Part shown: positions 1-12,090 of the stretch, one piece after another
How positions within the stretch are numbered: the first letter of the stretch is position 1
Layout: each line of letters opens with the position of its first letter
Assembly: GCA_951406725.2 (NCBI GenBank)
Contig: OX597816.1
Location: 20,584,001-20,648,000 of the forward strand
Source of the DNA: Octopus vulgaris
Taxonomy: Eukaryota
Direction of reading: 5' to 3'
DNA: 64,000 nucleotides
The notes under the pieces: generated by a model
Told to the model about the DNA's origin: nothing
The model's input: only the letters and a program-made list of their open reading frames with translations
The model's database searches: none
Program-made: the position numbers and the translations under genes

Positions 1-346
1 ACCTTTTTCTTTCCTTTAAAAACCAGCACAAACTTTCCAGACAACCCAATATCTTAGGTTCCTATCCCACCATATGACACCTTGGACAGTTTACTTTTAC
101 TGTGAAGGCATCGGATCACCAATGCCTTCTGAGTTAATCTTCGGTAGGCAAAAAGCTATATGGAAGCTCATTGCATGTTCCAAATATATGTGGATATAAA
201 TGTGTCTGCTTGAATACTGAGGTGCTAAAACTGAGCATTGAGATGCTTCAGTTCCATGTCAAATGCTAAAATTGCTGTTCAATAAATAAGGGATAATAAA
301 AATATGTAGCAGTCTCAAGAATGAACTGATTGTTGAATATAATTAA

Positions 347-740
347 CTACCAGTATCACCCGGCATTGCTCGGGTTTGTTTCGACCCTTTAGAATTGGAA
401 TTTTTGAAAAGTAAAAATTTTTGCATTATGTAGCTTGTTATTTTCTTTAAGTGAACATTTCTCTTGTCGAAATACACCAAAAAATGGTGACATAGCAGTA
501 AAAAATCGTAAAAAGTAGGGATTTTCATAGAAAAAAAAAGCACCTTTTTTATGTAAATAATTTTTGGTGTTAACATGGTCTGATTTAAATCTTTTCTTCT
601 ATAGAAGAAAGAGCAAGCCTTCTTCTATCATACTCTCAATTTTGGTTAACTTGCACTGCAGGGTCTTGGAGGAAATAGTGTTTGTTAAAGGTTACCAAAC
701 CTGCCATACACAGAGAACTTCAGTTTTATATATCTAGAGA
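347..740 (-). mobile_element. Non-autonomous Helitron-like element (body type 1)
   Basis: Minus strand starts A|TCTCTAGATATATAAAAC and ends with hairpin CCCGAGCAATGCCGGG then ...CTGGTAG|T (degenerate CTAG); close paralogue at 9461-9853. Confidence 0.7.
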
Positions 741-1044
741 TTTAAAATTCTTGAATGTTACATCATGGCTACAGTTCAAAAACCGAAAATTATAGAAGAC
801 ATGTGCAACTGAATAAAATAGTAAATATTTTTTTTAATATCTGGTGTTACAGATAAAGGAAGGGTTTCATCAGCAATGAAACCCTATAAACCCTTTTTGC
901 TGTTTGAAAGAATTTTTTTCTCCTTACTGGTTTCTTTTACATTGAGTCTTCATTTTCAATTAACTTTTTCTTCTTTCCTCTTTCCTGTTTTTCCTTAATG
1001 TTTGAAGATTTTCATCTGTAATTATTAATTATCTTTCATGATTC

Positions 1045-1225
1045 CAGTGGCAACATGAAAAGCACTCATCCCACTCTGTAATGTGGTGGGGGCTAGGAAG
1101 TGCATACAGCCACAGAAACCATAGCACATCAGACAAATGGAGTCTGGATAGCTCCCCAGTTGGCCAGCTTCTATCATACTGTCCAACCCATGCCAGCATG
1201 AAAAATGGATGATGATGATGATGAT
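1045..1225 (+). mobile_element. Old RTE LINE 3' tail
   Basis: ...gtccaacccatgccagcatgaaaaatggat(gat)n matches the 3' end of the RTE at 12091-14160. Confidence 0.7.
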
Positions 1226-2617
1226 GGTGGAGGTGGTGGTGAGTGGTGGTGAGTGGTGGAGGTGGTGGTGAGTGGTGGTGAGTGGTGGCGGCGGTGGCGA
1301 TGGTGGTGGTGGTGGTGGCGGTGGCAGTGGTGGTTTGATATTACAGATTAACATTGTTGCAGGTCAAAGTGTTTGCTCATCTATTTCTGATATTTAATAG
1401 GTACAGATATATTTTATATGCCAACCCAGTTCTCTGGGTTCTCTGGAAACTGTTTTTTTTTTTTTTAGTTGTTGGTTCTCTGGAAATTGTTTTTTTTTTT
1501 TATTTTTAGCAGTTGCAAATGATTTCCATTTTCATATTTGTCTTTTTTTTGTTTTCCTTTGCATTCAGTTTTGAAGTGAGTTTTATTTTGACTGGGCATA
1601 ATTCCAGCTCTGTGGACCTTGAGGATCATCAGAACTTTAAAATCTATCTTAATTGCTCCTGACTACATGTCACATTTCATTATCCCTGCTTTGTCCACCC
1701 ATCCATATTGTGACACCAATGTGACAAACAGCCATGAAACCACATCATTTCAGACGTCTCTTGTTTCTCTTGTACATTTATGACCCAAGTACTGAGGTAC
1801 AAATGCATACATGGAGGTATGTCTAAGGATTTCAGCCCATGCTTTTTGGCTGGCTCTTCAGTTTCTAATGTACAACAGACAGTACTGTAAATTTCACTTT
1901 TTACACTTAAGAAAAATTTCCCTTGATATATATTGGAGAGGTTTTTCTGTTACTTGATGTGAGAGATAATTTTGTCCCCTTTTAGACGTTTGTATTTAGA
2001 GGTACTGTAAATAATGCCATATACAATGCCCTTTATATAAAAAAATAGATATCTCAAAAATATTACTCTTTTACTTGTTTCAGTCATTTGATTGTGGCCA
2101 TGCTGGAGCACCACCTTTAGTCGAACAAATCGACCCCAGGGTTTATTCTTTGTAAGCTTAGTACTTTTTCTATCAGTCTCTTTTATCATTATTCAGGTCA
2201 CTGCCTGGAATCGAACTCAGAATCTTGCCACTATGCCCACAGACATATGGCATAGAGGTTAAGAGTGTGGGCTACTTACCCCAAGATTCCAAGTTCAATT
2301 CCAAGCAGTGACCTGGAAGATACATTCTCAACACAAAAAAAATATCAGAAATAGAAATAGAACACCTAAAAGAAAACATACACCAGGAAAATGTAGATAG
2401 AAGCCACACAACAATGCCCAATAATATATACATAACAAAAACACCAGGACTTACAAACACATACAGAAAATTGCACTACTAGGCACTGCACACATCCTAC
2501 GCAGAACACTTTCCATACAATAACCATCAGAGCATCACAACAAATCACAGCACATACCCAAGGCACACAGAGGTGTGCTCGGTAGTGAAGTGAAAGCACG
2601 CTATAAAAATAAAATTA

Positions 2618-2661
<44 letters not shown>

Positions 2662-2679
2662 CAACAATAATAATAATAA

Positions 2680-2825
2680 CATCGAAAAATACCTTAGGAA
2701 TGAGATGCCAGATTCAAAATTTCCCCAAGACACCTGATGAAGGCTGGAGGGCATATCAGCCAAAACATTTTGTCAACAACAAACAAGATGAGGACAAATA
2801 TCCGTCAAATTTAAATAACATAAAT
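2680..2825 (+). mobile_element. Penelope-like terminal fragment with degenerate hammerhead motif
   Basis: CTGATGA-aggctg...cagcc-AAAAC at 2734-2766 (G12 lost); downstream caacaaacaagatgaggacaaatatcc recurs inverted near 32560-32595. Confidence 0.5.
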
Positions 2826-3249
2826 AGTGCAGTAGCTCTTGTTGTTTTTGTTATTGTTACTATTGTCACTATGTCCAAAAATTAGTTAAGTAATTGGGAC
2901 ATATTTCTATTATTTGCTTAATAAACTCTTCATTTTCTCCTTCCTCTGATACATTCAGGTGTTAGGGGTGGATGATTGCCACTATAATATTCAGATATTT
3001 CACACAACTATGCCTATTAGCCATTTTGGATGTGAAAATATAATGTGTGTAGATAAAATTTTAATAGTTCATAAAACAAATATTTTTTGTTGCCATCTAC
3101 CCCACCACAACCCAGGTATCTAGAACAGATTTCTTTAGATTATTATTTTCCTTTTTTTTACAAGTTTTCTATAGAAAATATCAGATGACAATGCTTCAAT
3201 AAATAGTGACAAGTAGAGAAAAGAAGATCTTCATAAGTAGGACAATCAA

Positions 3250-3410
3250 AGATGATGATGGTAGTGGTGGTGGTGGTGGTGGTAGTGGTGGTGGTGGTAG
3301 TGGTGGTGGTGGTAGTGGCGGTGATGGTGATGACAATGATGATGATGATGATGACGGTGATGATGATGATGGTGGTGGTGGTGGTGGTGGTGGTGATGAT
3401 GATGATGAAT

Positions 3411-3464
<54 letters not shown>

Positions 3465-3480
3465 GTGATGTTGATGATGG

Positions 3481-3511
<31 letters not shown>

Positions 3512-3822
3512 GGTGGTGATGATGATGATGATGGTGATGATGGTGGTGGTGGTGGTGGTGGTGGTGGTGGTGATGGTTGTGGTAATGATGATGCTGATGA
3601 TGCTGATGGTGATGCTGCTGCTGCTGCTGCTAATGATGATGGTGATGATGACGACAATGATGACAATGGCGGTAATTCTGACAGTGATGATGAAAATGAA
3701 GAGGAAGATGATATTGAAGAGGACAATAAAGATGACAAACAATAATGATGACGACAATGAAGATGATGATGATGATAATGATCAAGATGACAATGATGAT
3801 GAGGAGGATGATATTTATCATG

Positions 3823-3899
<77 letters not shown>

Positions 3900-3980
3900 G
3901 ATCATTATAATCACGATTGTGATCATGGTGAAGATGACACCAAACATAACAGCAACCATGGCAACGACGAAACGATGATG
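3250..3980. repeat. Compound trinucleotide microsatellite (GGT/GAT/GCT/TAA/TTA)n
   Basis: Directly visible; explains the poly-G/D/M/I ORFs. Confidence 0.95.
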
Positions 3981-4211
3981 ATACTTATAAAGAAGACAAA
4001 CTGTATATATATATATCGTTGCACTACATAGCCTATTAAATGATCATCAACGTAGTTTAATTTAATGATCTATCTTGATTTAATCAATTGAACATATACT
4101 TTTATATTTCGTTACAGCAGTAAAGAAAAAAACTTGAAGAATTTTATATTATAATTGGGAATTTCTGTAGATCGTCTTTAGCATCATGTTTATTATGTTG
4201 TTAAAAAATAT

Positions 4212-4230
4212 CACCACCACCACCACCACC

Positions 4231-4277
<47 letters not shown>

Positions 4278-4920
4278 TACCATCACCACCACCACCACCA
4301 TCATCATCACCACCACCACCACCACTATCACCACCACAGCTGCCATCATCATCATCATCATCATCACCACCACCACTGCCATCAACACCACCACCACCAC
4401 CATTGCCATTGCCATCATCATCACCATCATCATCACCATCACCACCACCACCACAACCACCACCACCACTGCCACCATCACAACTACCATCATCACCACC
4501 ATCACGACTACCACCACCACCACCACAACCACCACCACCACTGCCACCATCACAACTACCATCATCACCACCATCACGACTACCACCACCACCACCACCA
4601 CCACCACCACCACTGCCACCATCACAACTACCATCATCACCACCATCACGACTACCACCACCACCACCACAACCACCACCACCACTGCCACCATCACAAC
4701 TACCATCATCACCACCATCACGACTACCACCACCACCACCACAACCACCACCACCACTGTCACCATCACAACTACCATCATCACCATCATCACCACCATC
4801 ACCACTACCACCACCACCACAACCACCACCACCACTGTCACCATGACAACTACCATCATCACCACCATCACCACCACCACCACCACCACCACCACCATCA
4901 CTATCATCATCATCATCATC
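4212..4920. repeat. (CAC/CAT)n tract containing a 72-bp higher-order tandem repeat
   Basis: ctg(c/t)caccat landmark at 4469, 4541, 4613, 4685, 4757 and 4835. Confidence 0.9.
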
Positions 4921-5135
4921 CTCTCCACTACATTAATTTATAGATGAATATTATATTCTGTCACTGTTTTTATTAATTTGTTATTGTTTATCGTTGTTTT
5001 TTTGTTTTTGCTCTTTCATCATTAATCTTATTTATATTTATTTATACACTTCTCCATCATCATTATTATCATGAAACCTTGTGATGCGACTTCTACTTCT
5101 GTATCACATGGTTTTTGTTTGCTTCCATTAAGTAC

Positions 5136-5168
<33 letters not shown>

Positions 5169-5170
<2 letters not shown>

Positions 5171-5505
5171 GGCACATGGCTCAGTGGTTAGTGTTAGAGC
5201 GTCGAGTTTACAATCGTGAGGTTGTGAGTTTGAATCCGGGACCGCGCTGTGTGTTGTGTTCTTGAGCAAGACACTTTATTTCACGTTGGTCCAGTTCACT
5301 CAGCTGTAGAAATGAGTTGCGATGTCACAGGTGCCAAGCTGTATCAGCCCCTTTGCCTTTCCCTTGGATAACATCGATGGCGTGGAGATGAGAGGCTGGT
5401 ATGCATGGGCGACTGCTGGTCTTCCATAAACAACTTTGCCCGGACTTGTGCCTGGGAAGGTAACTTTCTAAGTGCAATCTCACAGTCAGTCATGACCAAA
5501 GGGGA
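5169..5505 (+). mobile_element. tRNA-headed SINE, family C
   Basis: A-box-like TGGCTCAGTGG, B-box-like GTTTGAATCC, body gtgttgtgttcttgagcaagacacttt...cagctgtagaaatgagt; truncated second copy at 17122-17290. Confidence 0.75.
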
Positions 5506-5775
5506 TCCTAATGTGTGTGTGTGTTGTGTAGGTGAATGGATGAGTGGTTAGGGTGTGGTATTCTGGAATGTAAGATTGTGGTTTCGATTCCTGGACTAGG
5601 TGATGTATGGTACTCTTGAGAAATAAAAAACACTTCTTTTCACATGGCAAAAGTGAATAATCCTGCAACAGAATGGTGTCCAGGCAGAGGGTGGTGTATA
5701 TATACATGCTACAGAATCCTGAAAACTGACTTCATAAACATATGGATCAGGAAGGATCTTGGATCCCTTTTGATA

Positions 5776-6468
5776 TCATCATCATCATCATCATTTAACG
5801 TCTGCTTTCAATGCTGGCATGGGTTCGACAATTTGACTGAGGACTGGCAAGTCAGATGGCTGCACCAGGCTCCAATCTGATCTGGTAGAGTTTCCACAGC
5901 TGGATGCCCTTCCTAACGCCAACCACTCTGAGAGTGTAGTGGGTGCTTTTATGTGCCACCAGCACGAGGGCCAGTCTGATACAATTCCCTGCTACCACCG
6001 TTCTTCCAGACCTTCCAGGCCTGTTTCTTCTCTCTAATAGCCCTGTCATTGTTCCACCACCATGTTATTTTGAGTCGAGAGGGGACTTTGCACCATCCAC
6101 ATATCTGGTCAGTGGCGCTCAGCAGGTTGTCCTGTAGAATCCTCCAGTTGCTTTCTACATCATGTGAAGCTATATCGCCTTCTATTTCATCAAAGGCTTC
6201 GAATAATATGTCTCTAAATCTCTACCCATTCACAGGATCTTTAAGCTTCCAGACCCTTCTCCTCCATGCTCATCGTCTTCTGGGCATCCATTTAACCCTG
6301 ATCCTGAAGTCACTAAGTCTATGTTGTGGGGTACATTCTTCACCTGGGAAGGTTTTGGCATTTATAAGCAGCCATCTTTCCCTTTTTCTGGTGAGGATGT
6401 AGACAATTTGGCTTGTGTGTCTGCCAGAACAGTAGGTGACTAGGTGACTGGCAGGTTTCCAGAAAGCT
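5776..6468 (-). mobile_element. Internally deleted RTE LINE (APE C-terminus/linker fused to 3' tail)
   Basis: Minus-strand translation FWKPASHLVTYCSGRHTSQIVYIL...GEECTPQHRL...WKLKDP...TWWWNN, joined at about 5980 to the RTE 3' UTR and (GAT)n. Confidence 0.8.
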
Positions 6469-6689
6469 GACATATCATTTATTTCAGTATTAATATTAGT
6501 TTCATCATGATTTGATTTACAGGTAATCCACCATTTTGTTTGGCTTCTTTGAAGAAGCAGTGCAAATATGTAAATTTTGAAATATTGCCGGAAAAAAAAA
6601 GTCATTTCAAAATCAGCAATCTTGAAATAATGAATACTTATCTACTCAAATCAACGTGCAGATGTGTGATGGGGTTCCATATATGCATA

Positions 6690-6741
6690 TAATATACATA
6701 CATACATACATGCATACATACACACATACACACATACATAC

Positions 6742-6795
<54 letters not shown>

Positions 6796-6817
6796 TATAT
6801 ACATATATATATATATG

Positions 6818-6870
<53 letters not shown>

Positions 6871-6910
6871 ATATATATACATATATATATGTATGTGTGT
6901 GTGTGTGTAT
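6690..6910. repeat. (TA)n/(TACA)n/(TG)n microsatellite
   Basis: Directly visible; similar tracts at 7775-7985, 24450-24730, 25030-25385, 36755-36857, 39565-39720, 49320-49650, 63505-63805. Confidence 0.95.
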
Positions 6911-7362
6911 CTATTTTACTTAACAAATTATCATTGACTTGTCTTATGTTTAATAATGCATTATTGCTCTTAAAAAATGAGTAAATAAATGTTTCATTTC
7001 TTCTAAATGTCCCTAAGCTAAACCTTATTCCTGTAAATGGGTTGAACTAAATTCTCCAGAGTTGGTAACATTCAGCAAAATAAATTGAGTTCTTCTTTAT
7101 AACATTCTCCAGAGAAAACCTTAAAGTTTAACATTAGGCACATGTTAGTTTAACATTACTCAAGAGACTGGGTATATATTTATCATGATGATGAAGATGA
7201 TGCATTGGTACATTTATCTATAAACTTATCAACAATGATACTACCTCTCCACTGTACATATACCTGTGTGTATGAGTGTATGTGTGTATGAATGTGTGTG
7301 TGTGTGCATGCGTGTGTGTATTTATATATATATATATACACACACATACACATACCCACATA

Positions 7363-7772
7363 TAGGAGTGGCTGTGTGATAAGTAGCTTGCTTACCAACC
7401 ACATGGTTCCGGGTTCAGTCCCACTGCGTGGCATCTTGGGCAAATGTTTTCTGCTATAGCCCCGGGCCGACCAATGCCTTGTGAGTGGATTTGGTAGACG
7501 GAAACTGAAAGAAGCCTGTCGTATATATGTATATATATATATGTGTGTGCGTGTATATATGTTTGTGTGTCTGTGTTTGTCCCCCTAGCATTGCTTGACA
7601 ACCGATGCTGGTGTGTTTATGTCCCCATTACTTAGCGGTTCGGCAAAAGACACCAATAGAATAAGTACTGGGCTTACAAAGAATAAGTCCCGGGATCGAT
7701 TTGCTCGACTAAAGGCGGTGCTCCAGCATGGCCACAGTCAAATGACTGAAACAAGTAAAAGAGTAAAGAGAG
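7363..7772 (+). mobile_element. tRNA-headed SINE, family A, full length
   Basis: A box TGGCTGTGTGA, B box GGTTCAGTCCC, cttgggcaa motif, internal (TA/TG)n, tail ctccagcatggccacagtcaaatgactgaaacaagtaaaagag; more than ten copies in the window. Confidence 0.85.
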
Positions 7773-7803
<31 letters not shown>

Positions 7804-7935
7804 GTATGTAATGTATAAACATCTCTCTGTCTTTGTCTCTGTATCTCGCTCTCTACATTTATATATATATATGTGTGTGTGTATGTATGTATATATGTTT
7901 GTGTGTATATATATATATATGGTGTATATATATGT

Positions 7936-7985
<50 letters not shown>

Positions 7986-8452
7986 TGTGGGTTTGAGTCC
8001 CATGCGTACAGGAAAACCTTTTTTCCGTCAAGGGCTTATATGCCCCATTATTACGATATTTTTTTTTAGTTATTGCATGATGATTGCTTATAAAATACTA
8101 TTATCATTATTTACAGAATATATATCTATATACATGTATATATATATATATATATATAGATAGATAGATAGATAGATAGATATATATAGATAGATAGATA
8201 TACATATATATATACATATAGTGAGAAGTTGAGGTTATAAGAGATAATGGTGTCATTGAGACACAGAGGTGTCAGGTAATGCTGAATAAGTGCTATAGAC
8301 AGACCATAGTTAAGTTCCAGATTCGGTAATATTGCGAATAAAGTGTTCAACATTGGTTCTATGTCAGTGTGTGTATATATGAATTTTTTGCGTAATGAAA
8401 TAAAAAAACCAAGGCTTGGTTTTTTTATCTCATTACGCAAAAAATTCATATA

Positions 8453-8966
8453 TCTATATATATAAAACTGTAGTTGTGTGAGTGTCTGTCCCCTTCGATT
8501 TAGATTCCTAACTACTCCCACATTTTGCAGTGCAGTTTAACCAAATTCGAGTATCTTATAGTCGTGATTCATTTCGAGCCTGTCTGAGTATTAGCGCACG
8601 TCTACAATGAGTCTACGATTTTAAAAATAATTTAACATCATTTTTTATTCCATTTTAATGCATAATTTTTCGTGTGTCGATGGCGGCGGAGTTGGCGTCC
8701 ATGGTCACACCTGCACCTGTGTTGCTTCTCCCCTTCTTCCCTCCCTCGTGAAGCTGTGGGGAAGGGAGTGTAAGGAAATCAACGTCGTAAAGCGTTGTCA
8801 AGGAGACCAGCGTTCTTTTAGAACAACGACTTCATGGTTTGAAGACACCAAAACAGAAATGGCTAAGAAAGCCCGAATTGGCATCTATAAGGGAAGTAAC
8901 TCTCTAAAAATGCTTTATATAGTTATTTCCCTTACAAACCCGAGCAATGCCGGGCGATACTGCTAG
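8453..8966 (+). mobile_element. Non-autonomous Helitron (body type 2)
   Basis: Canonical A|TC 5' end, subterminal hairpin CCCGAGCAATGCCGGG, CTAG|T 3' end, no TSD. Confidence 0.85.
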
Positions 8967-8979
8967 TATATATATACAT

Positions 8980-9349
8980 TCTCAGAATGAGATAAAACTC
9001 CAAGGCTGTGAAAGATTTTAGAACTTTTATAAATAGAAGGTCTTACAGCTGTTTCTGGGATATTTTATATATCCCTTCATTGGAGACGGTGTGAGAAAAT
9101 GGGTAAGCAATAGTTATTCTAGATAAGATATGAAGTAGAGAGTGTAGTGGACGAATGAAAACAGACGTGAGATATGCAGGGATTTTGCATCTGTATAAGA
9201 TTCATATATGCATACCATTCTGCCTAAATAATGGATCTACAAATGCAATATCCCTGCATATCTCACATCTATTTTCATTCCTCCACTTCACACTCCATTT
9301 CATATCTTATCTAAAAATAACCATTTCTTAACCATTTTCTCACACCATC
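8980..9349 (-). mobile_element. Hammerhead-bearing Penelope-like mini-element with inverted partial duplicate
   Basis: Homologous to 38250-38512; minus-strand HHR-like motif at 9040-9087 (CCAATGA core, GAAACAGCTGTA); 9085-9196 is inverted at 9234-9349. Confidence 0.6.
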
Positions 9350-9460
9350 AAATGTAAATAAGTTAAATAATGTAAATAATGTATATAATTCCTCATCTCT
9401 TAAATATAGAACTGTATCTTTGACATTATTGAAAACAGATATTCATGATTTTATCAGAAA

Positions 9461-9853
9461 GTAGCAGTATCACCCGGCATTGCTCAGGTTTGTTTCGACC
9501 CTTTAGAATTGGAATTTTTGAAAAGTAAAACTTTTGCATTATGTAGCTTGTTACTCTCTTTATGTGAACTTATTTCTGGTTGAAATACACCGAAAAATGG
9601 CCACAGAGCAGTCAAAAAATCGTAAAAAAATAGGGATTTTCATAGAAAAAAAGCACCTTTTTGATGTAAATAATTTTTGGTGTTAACATGGTCCGATTTG
9701 AATTTTTTCTTCTATAGAAGAAAGAGCAAGCCTTCTTCTATCATACTCTCAATTTTGGTCAACTTGCACTGCAGGGTCTCAGAGGAGATAGTGTTTGTTA
9801 AAGGTTACCAAACCTGCCATACACAGACAACTTCAGCTTTATATATATAGAGA
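9461..9853 (-). mobile_element. Non-autonomous Helitron-like element (body type 1), second copy
   Basis: Colinear with 347-740 over its whole length; same hairpin and termini. Confidence 0.7.
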
Positions 9854-10507
9854 ATACAGAGGGAATATTTAATCAAAATCAATTCACTTATATGTCATGT
9901 CTGCATTTTTGAGTACATGAAAATTTATATCAATATTTTCTACCAATCTCGGACTTGGGATTACTCTATGCAGCCTCATGTTCTCCTCTGACCTCACCTT
10001 ACTGAGCCAGTTTCTCTTTGGTCATTTTTACTTTTTACACTTATAAATGTGAATCTATTTTCAAATGAAACCCTTGTTCTAATAATATCATCAAATCACT
10101 GTATTTTTTATATCTTTCTCAGTTCTCAGTCAACACGTAAGATCTTCGAATAACTTAATGCATTTCAAAATTACAAAAACATTAATTGGCTAAGTGGTAG
10201 TTCTGATGTTTAAAACCCTAATGTAGAAAATATTTTGACTTTGGAAGTGATAGGAATTGTAATTGAAAGAAATCTTACAATGTTAAAATACTGCAACAAG
10301 TTATCACATCAGAGGACTGTTTGTTTGAATTTAAATGTGTCACCAATGTAGAAATCAATATTTGAGGCAAAGTAGAAAGCACAGAATACAGATTATTAAA
10401 AAGAGAGTTCTTAACATAATATATTTTCTACTCACTTCCTAACATTAACTAAGATTAGTATGGGTGACACAATGAATACTATAGATGGTAAAAAGGGCTT
10501 TTATTTG

Positions 10508-11170
10508 TATTTCTTTATTGCCCACAAGGGGCTAAATGTAAAGGGGACAAACAAGGATGGACAAAAGGATTAAATCGATTATATCGACCCACAGTGCATA
10601 ACTGGTACTTATTTAATTGACTCTGAAAGGATGAAAGGCAAAGTTGAACTTGGTGAAATTTGAACTCAGAACGTAGCAACAGACGAAATACTACTGAGCA
10701 TTTTGCCTGGTGTGCTAACGATTCTGCCAGCTCAACGCCTTGGGTGTCTCTAATATATATTTCTTTATTGCCCACAAGGGGCTAAATGTATAGGGGACAA
10801 ACAAGGACAGACAAAGGGATTAAGTCGATTACATCAACCCTAGTGCATAACTGGTACGTATTTAATCATCCCTGAAAGGATGGAAAATGAAGTTGACCTT
10901 GGCGGAATTTGAACTCAGAACATAGTGACAGATGAAATACCTATTTCTTTACACAAGGGGCTAAACATAGAGGGGACAAACAAGGACAGACAAACAGATT
11001 AAGTCGATTATATCGACTCCAGTGCGTAACTGGTACTTATTTAATCGACCCCAAAAAGATGAAAGGCAAAGTCGACCGGGGTGGAATTTGAACTCAGAAC
11101 GTAACTGCAGACGAAATATCGCTAAGCATTTCACCCGGCATGCTAACGTTTCTGCCGGCTCGCCACCTTT
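10508..11170 (-). mobile_element. Tandem trio of SINE family B
   Basis: Repeated ctggcagaa..gttagca head, GTTCAAATTCC B box and gcctttcatcc...gtcgat..aataagtaccag core on the minus strand; a decayed copy follows at 11290-11440. Confidence 0.8.
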
Positions 11171-11825
11171 AAAAAGGCATATATTCTATCATTATGAAAT
11201 ATTAGTTCTGGCAAGACGATAATTAATGTGGTTGTGTCACCATTGTAGAAAATGTATTAGCTTTTGTTGTAACCAACAGTTTTTATGGAGGGCACAAGTC
11301 GATGATATTGACCCCAGTGTTCAACTGGTACTTATTTTATCGACCCCAAAAGGATGAAAGGCAACCCTGATAGCATTCAAACTCAGAAGAAATTCTGCTA
11401 GGCATTTTGCCCGGCATCCTAATGATTCTGTCAGCAAGAATGTCCATTGCTGACCTCCTCACCATCTGCGGAATCTATTTACAGACCTGTAGAATTTGGT
11501 CTATTCACCAAGCTGCTACTCTTCCTCCTACTATTCGCTTCAACACTCACATATTCGTGATTATCTCAAGTACAAGACAAAAGTTGAAACTAAACAACAT
11601 TTAATAATACCTTTTAATAATAAATGGAAATAGCAATAGCAATAACAATAACAATAATAAGGAGACAAAAGAGGCCTCACACACTTTGGGTCGGCAGAGG
11701 TCAAATGTATTTACTACTACTAGCAATCATTGAGAGCTCTGACCTTGGCCTTGAAAAGAAGCAATTCACCTGGTTCTATTTTTAATTACTGATAGAAAAA
11801 AATAACATACATACATACAAATATA

Positions 11826-12087
11826 TCATCATCATCATCGTTTAACATCCGCTTTCCATGCTAGCATGGGTTGGACGATTTGACTGAGGGCTGGCGAACC
11901 AGATGGTTGCACCAGGCTCCCATCTTGATCTGGCAGAGTTCCTACAGCTGGATGTCCTTCCTAATGCCAACCACTCCGCGAGTGTAGTGGGTGCTTTTAC
12001 GTGCCACTGGCACAGGAGCCAGTCAGGTGGTACTGGAAACGACCTTACTCGAATCGTTTTACATATGCCACCAGCACAGGTGCTGGT
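11826..12087 (-). mobile_element. RTE LINE 3' tail
   Basis: (CAT)n-cgtttaacatccgctttccatgctagcatggg and 3' UTR repeat units. Confidence 0.8.
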
Positions 12088-12090
12088 AAT

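Noticed and set aside
1600-2030. Possible very old LINE C-terminal relic on the minus strand
   Set aside because: Only vague similarity (KRRLK, MDGWTK); no convincing ordered motifs.
3158-4947. Long ORFs (180-260 aa) of poly-I/T/V/M/D/G, mucin-like at 4186-4947
   Set aside because: Open in several frames on both strands because trinucleotide repeats lack stops; no splice or domain evidence. The same applies to 15409-16149, 26999-27644 and 34325-34717.
7363-7430. tRNA-like A and B boxes
   Set aside because: These are SINE heads without a complete cloverleaf, not tRNA genes; the same holds for families B and C.
6638-8163. YIYIYI/VCVC ORFs
   Set aside because: Translations of (TA)n and (TG)n microsatellites.
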